A stretch of DNA of 64,000 bases. Source: Bacillota bacterium (GTDB taxonomy: Bacteria; Bacillota; JAAYKD01). The notes under the pieces are model-generated. The model made no database searches and was not told the DNA's origin. It worked only from the letters and a program-made list of their open reading frames with translations. Position numbers and translations under genes: made by a program. Every line of letters starts with the position of its first letter. Within the stretch, counting starts at the first letter, position 1. The stretch spans positions 1,984,001 through 2,048,000 of the forward strand of contig OY762825.2 of NCBI GenBank assembly GCA_963666425.2, read 5' to 3'. Shown here piece by piece: positions 60,853 through 64,000 of the stretch.

Positions 60853-61245
60853 ATAGCAGACATATCGCGGCTAACCTTTTAACAATACATGTGAAGTGCT
60901 GTCGTTATTAATACAATGTCTGAAAAACGCACATGGTTGTGCATGTAATGTTATAGCCAGCTCAAATAAGCCGCAAATGCTCAGATTGTCTGACCGAGCG
61001 TTGTTTGGCATAATGGCCAAAAAGAGAAAGGAAAAGTCACCCTCGATAAGGAGCCCCATGTGTAGCTAGCACAAGAACCCAAGGGGTGTCTCACCAAAAG
61101 CATGATAATTGTATCAGACTTTTCTTTGAAGCGCAGGAGCGAAAACGAAACAAAAGCACGCTTTAAGTTAAGCGAGTGAATTGCATCAAACCAATTTAAT
61201 ATATATGGTCAGTAAAACCTCAGCTGCACACTGGTTCGCACGATG

Positions 61246-61311
61246 ACTTGCGACTAACTTGCAACTAACTTGGAACTAACTTGGAACTAACTTGGAACTA
61301 ACTTGGAACTA
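61246..61311 (+). repeat. 11-bp tandem repeat x6 (copy 2)
   Basis: Direct unit count; mostly ACTTGGAACTA. Confidence 0.95.
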
Positions 61312-61467
61312 ACTTCTTCCAGCAGAACGATCAATAACACAAGAAGTCGCGGAGGCACGCAAGTGTTGTCGGAAACGAGAAAACGAGTGCTTGCGATCTG
61401 GTTTGCCGCGTTACTGACTGCATTTCATTATCCACAATGAATCCTCAACAAACCTGGAGATGATTTT

Positions 61468-62832
61468 ACGAAAAGAAAAATCGCCGTATTTTACTATGAT
61501 GGATTCGCGGAGTTTGAAATCGCTCCGCTCTTACTGCTTTTGAACGAACAAGAGATAACATTTTTAGCCTTAGAAAACAGGTCCTATCAAAGCGGGGAGC
61601 AGCAGCGTTTCTTGGTGGATAAGACCATTGCAGAAATAAATCCACTCCGCTTTGATCTTTTAATTCTGCCGGGTGGAGATTCCGCGCCATTGTACGAAAA
61701 TAAGCAATTGAAGAATTTCATCTCTGCCATGCTCAGCCAGGGCAAAGCGGTTGCCGCAATCTGCGGCGGCTCGGAGCTGTTGGCCGCCATGGGTTTCCTT
61801 AATGGCAAGCATTGCACCGGCGGCGCATCGGGTGTATCAAACACAGATGCCGTTTATCCGCTTTATCGCGAAGCGCTTTTATCTCAGACGCAGGTGGTGT
61901 TGGATGGCAGCATCATTACCGCCCAAGGCCAAGCCTATCTGGAATTTGCGGTGACGGTGGCCAAGTACCTGGGGATTCTGAAAGATGATCCTGCAAAGCT
62001 TGAGACGCTGAACTGGCTGAAAAATAGGCGCGGTGAAGCGAGCACGGTCAATTGGCTGCAGCCGCTGGATGGTTGGATCGATCTAAGCGAGTCAGTCAAG
62101 GTGAGCACCGGCAGCTTTGAAGAATGCAATCTGACTCTGGTCGTTTCGGAGGGCGAGGCGCTTTTAGTGGATACCGGCTACGAAATGCCGGAAGCCGAAC
62201 GTGTGCTGCAGTATCTAAAAAAGCACGACTTAAAACTGAAGCATATTGTCATCACCCATCATCATGATGATCACGATGCGAATCTGGCGCTTTTTACGAT
62301 GAACGAAGGGCAGATTTACGATCCGGCGCATCTGCCGGATGAAGCGGAATTGCGCATTGGCAATAAGAACGTCAGGCTGCAGAAAACACCGGGACATTTT
62401 CCGGCGGGAGATATCAGCGCTGTTGTGGTAGAAGAGCAGATCTTGATCGCGGGGGATATTCTCTATACCTGTCTGCCGCCGCAGCTGTGTTATGGCGCCA
62501 ATCCGGAAGTATTGATTCAGACCTTAGAAAAAATAGAGCAGCAGCACTACAAATGGATTGTCCCGGGGCACGGCAAAGTGCTTTCGGGGCCGCTGATGAT
62601 GTCTATGTCACTGTCCTACATCCAACAGCTCTACGAAAAACTGCAGGCAATTGTTCAACAGCAGGGCACGGTAGCGGAGATAGACCAGATTACCTTGGCC
62701 GATTGTATCCTGCATCGGGACTGGATGGTGGAAGCACCGGCGCTTGATCTGCATCGTCAAAATAAAAAGGAACTCTTCGCTAAACTCAAGCGTATCAATG
62801 CAAATTGCAGCACCAGCGTGCTTAAAGGGTGA
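61468..62832 (+). CDS. DJ-1/PfpI + metallo-beta-lactamase fusion (copy 2), probable ACG start
   Basis: Same motifs as copy 1. Confidence 0.85.
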   Translation, partial: TKRKIAVFYYDGFAEFEIAPLLLLLNEQEITFLALENRSYQSGEQQRFLVDKTIAEINPLRFDLLILPGGDSAPLYENKQLKNFISAMLSQGKAVAAICGGSELLAAMGFLNGKHCTGGASGVSNTDAVYPLYREALLSQTQVVLDGSIITAQGQAYLEFAVTVAKYLGILKDDPAKLETLNWLKNRRGEASTVNWLQPLDGWIDLSESVKVSTGSFEECNLTLVVSEGEALLVDTGYEMPEAERVLQYLKKHDLKLKHIVITHHHDDHDANLALFTMNEGQIYDPAHLPDEAELRIGNKNVRLQKTPGHFPAGDISAVVVEEQILIAGDILYTCLPPQLCYGANPEVLIQTLEKIEQQHYKWIVPGHGKVLSGPLMMSMSLSYIQQLYEKLQAIVQQQGTVAEIDQITLADCILHRDWMVEAPALDLHRQNKKELFAKLKRINANCSTSVLKG

Positions 62833-62841
62833 ACAAGCAAG

Positions 62842-63675
62842 ATGAATCATCATAACATGGACATTCAGCCATCGAATTTAACTAGGATCGAACCAATTCT
62901 GCAGGCGCATCTGCGTGCCTTCGCTTTTCCAATGGATTCTTTTCTCGAAGACCGATTGACGAACAGTGAAATTTACGCAATATCGTCTGAGGATCAGCTG
63001 ATTGGATACGCCGGTGTTTACGAAGGGGTATTGTTTTTCTTTCACGTTTTACTCGCTCACTTTAGCCTGGCGCCGGAGATTTTGGATAAATTCATACTGG
63101 AAAACGCAATCGACCGCGTTTATGTCACAACGCAGGACCCCCTTTTTGCTGCTTTAATTGCCGAATGGGATTATGAAAAGAAGAAAGATGCCTGCTTTTT
63201 CATTGACGGCAACAGAAGTGTGCAGCCAACAGCAATCACGGATACAATGGTCTTTCGCTTGGCTCAATCGGAGGATCTGCAAACAATTGCTGCTGCAACC
63301 GATCCTTTTTTTGATTCGCTGGAACAAAGAATCAAAGAGCAAAGCATCTTTCTCTTGGAAGAGGGAAAGCAATTATTGGGCTGCGGCCTGATTGAAAAAG
63401 GAGTGTTCTTTCCAGGCTGCGTCTCCATCGGCATGATTACCTGTAAAGAGCATCGCCGGAGAGGCATCGGCCAGAGTATTCTTTGCTGCTTAAAAGAATG
63501 GGCGTATGAAAAGGGTTATCAACCCATTGCCGGCTGTTGGTATTATAATACGTTATCCAGAAAAACCTTAGAAAAAGCAGGTATGGTTGCCATTGGCATA
63601 GGTTATGAAGCAAAATTAACCGGAAAAGAAAAAGCGCCGCTTATCACAGGCCGTGCATCGGGTGAGAAAATATAA
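62842..63675 (+). CDS. GNAT family acetyltransferase
   Basis: IGM...HRRRGIG, GCWYYNTLSRKTLEKAG. Confidence 0.88.
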   Translation: MNHHNMDIQPSNLTRIEPILQAHLRAFAFPMDSFLEDRLTNSEIYAISSEDQLIGYAGVYEGVLFFFHVLLAHFSLAPEILDKFILENAIDRVYVTTQDPLFAALIAEWDYEKKKDACFFIDGNRSVQPTAITDTMVFRLAQSEDLQTIAAATDPFFDSLEQRIKEQSIFLLEEGKQLLGCGLIEKGVFFPGCVSIGMITCKEHRRRGIGQSILCCLKEWAYEKGYQPIAGCWYYNTLSRKTLEKAGMVAIGIGYEAKLTGKEKAPLITGRASGEKI

Positions 63676-63694
63676 AAAGAGCGGAGGACGTATC

Positions 63695-64000
63695 ATGCAA
63701 CTCGGCTGCACAAAGAAGCTTTTGGATTACCTCGGTAAAAAAGGTGGACCTGCGGATACCAATATTGCACCGCTGCTGTCCTGGAGCGCGAACCTAATCA
63801 CGCTCAATCGTCGGCATGTTTTGGTGGCAGCCAACGATTCGTCGCGTTACGGTTTTGTGCTGTATGGTTTGAAAGCCAAGGATGTTAAAGCACTGGATAA
63901 GATCATATTGGACGGTATACGTACCTGTTTGGAGATCGAATGCATCGCACCGGAACTGATTGAGCAATACATAGCCGATTGCGGCGATACCGTAAGCTTC
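63695..64000 (+). CDS. DUF6933 / pRiA4b ORF3-like protein, N-terminal part (runs off the window)
   Basis: SD GGAGG; MQLGCTKKLL..SWSANL..RR..VAANDSSRY..VLYGL. Confidence 0.7.
   Translation, partial: MQLGCTKKLLDYLGKKGGPADTNIAPLLSWSANLITLNRRHVLVAANDSSRYGFVLYGLKAKDVKALDKIILDGIRTCLEIECIAPELIEQYIADCGDTVSF

Noticed and set aside
879-63467. Numerous short antisense or alternate-frame ORFs in the track
   Set aside because: They overlap well-supported genes, lack motifs and SD sequences, and are treated as shadow ORFs

Overview
Bacillota (Clostridia-like) chromosome segment in two parts. Bases 1-~22,300 are moderately GC-rich core and semi-core genes: smpB, SAM-I riboswitch + metK, recD2-comF-hpf, a GGDEF protein, potABCD, a DnaA-box cluster, a YjiM/YjiL-type Fe-S reductase/activator pair, a GTAG-hairpin (REP-like) tandem array and a DUF1659/DUF2922/holin cassette. 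From ~22,300 to the end is a mostly AT-richer accessory/defence island. It contains a type I R-M locus with two inserted genes, followed by an uninterrupted 7-gene cluster (31,198-40,008): ParB-like, small PD-(D/E)xK protein, SNF2 helicase, second ParB-like, radical SAM, GHKL/MORC-like ATPase, and membrane HAD nucleotidase. I cannot match this cluster to a named system, and it is the best candidate for a new DNA-modification/anti-phage system. Downstream are three IS21 elements nested inside each other, HEPN, TIR and GIY-YIG genes, several insertion sequences reduced to their ends (IS21, IS30, IS256), a group II intron 3' remnant, and a ~3.1-kb duplication bracketed by IS66 inverted repeats. 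All family calls come from motif recognition by eye; no database searches or computations were run.
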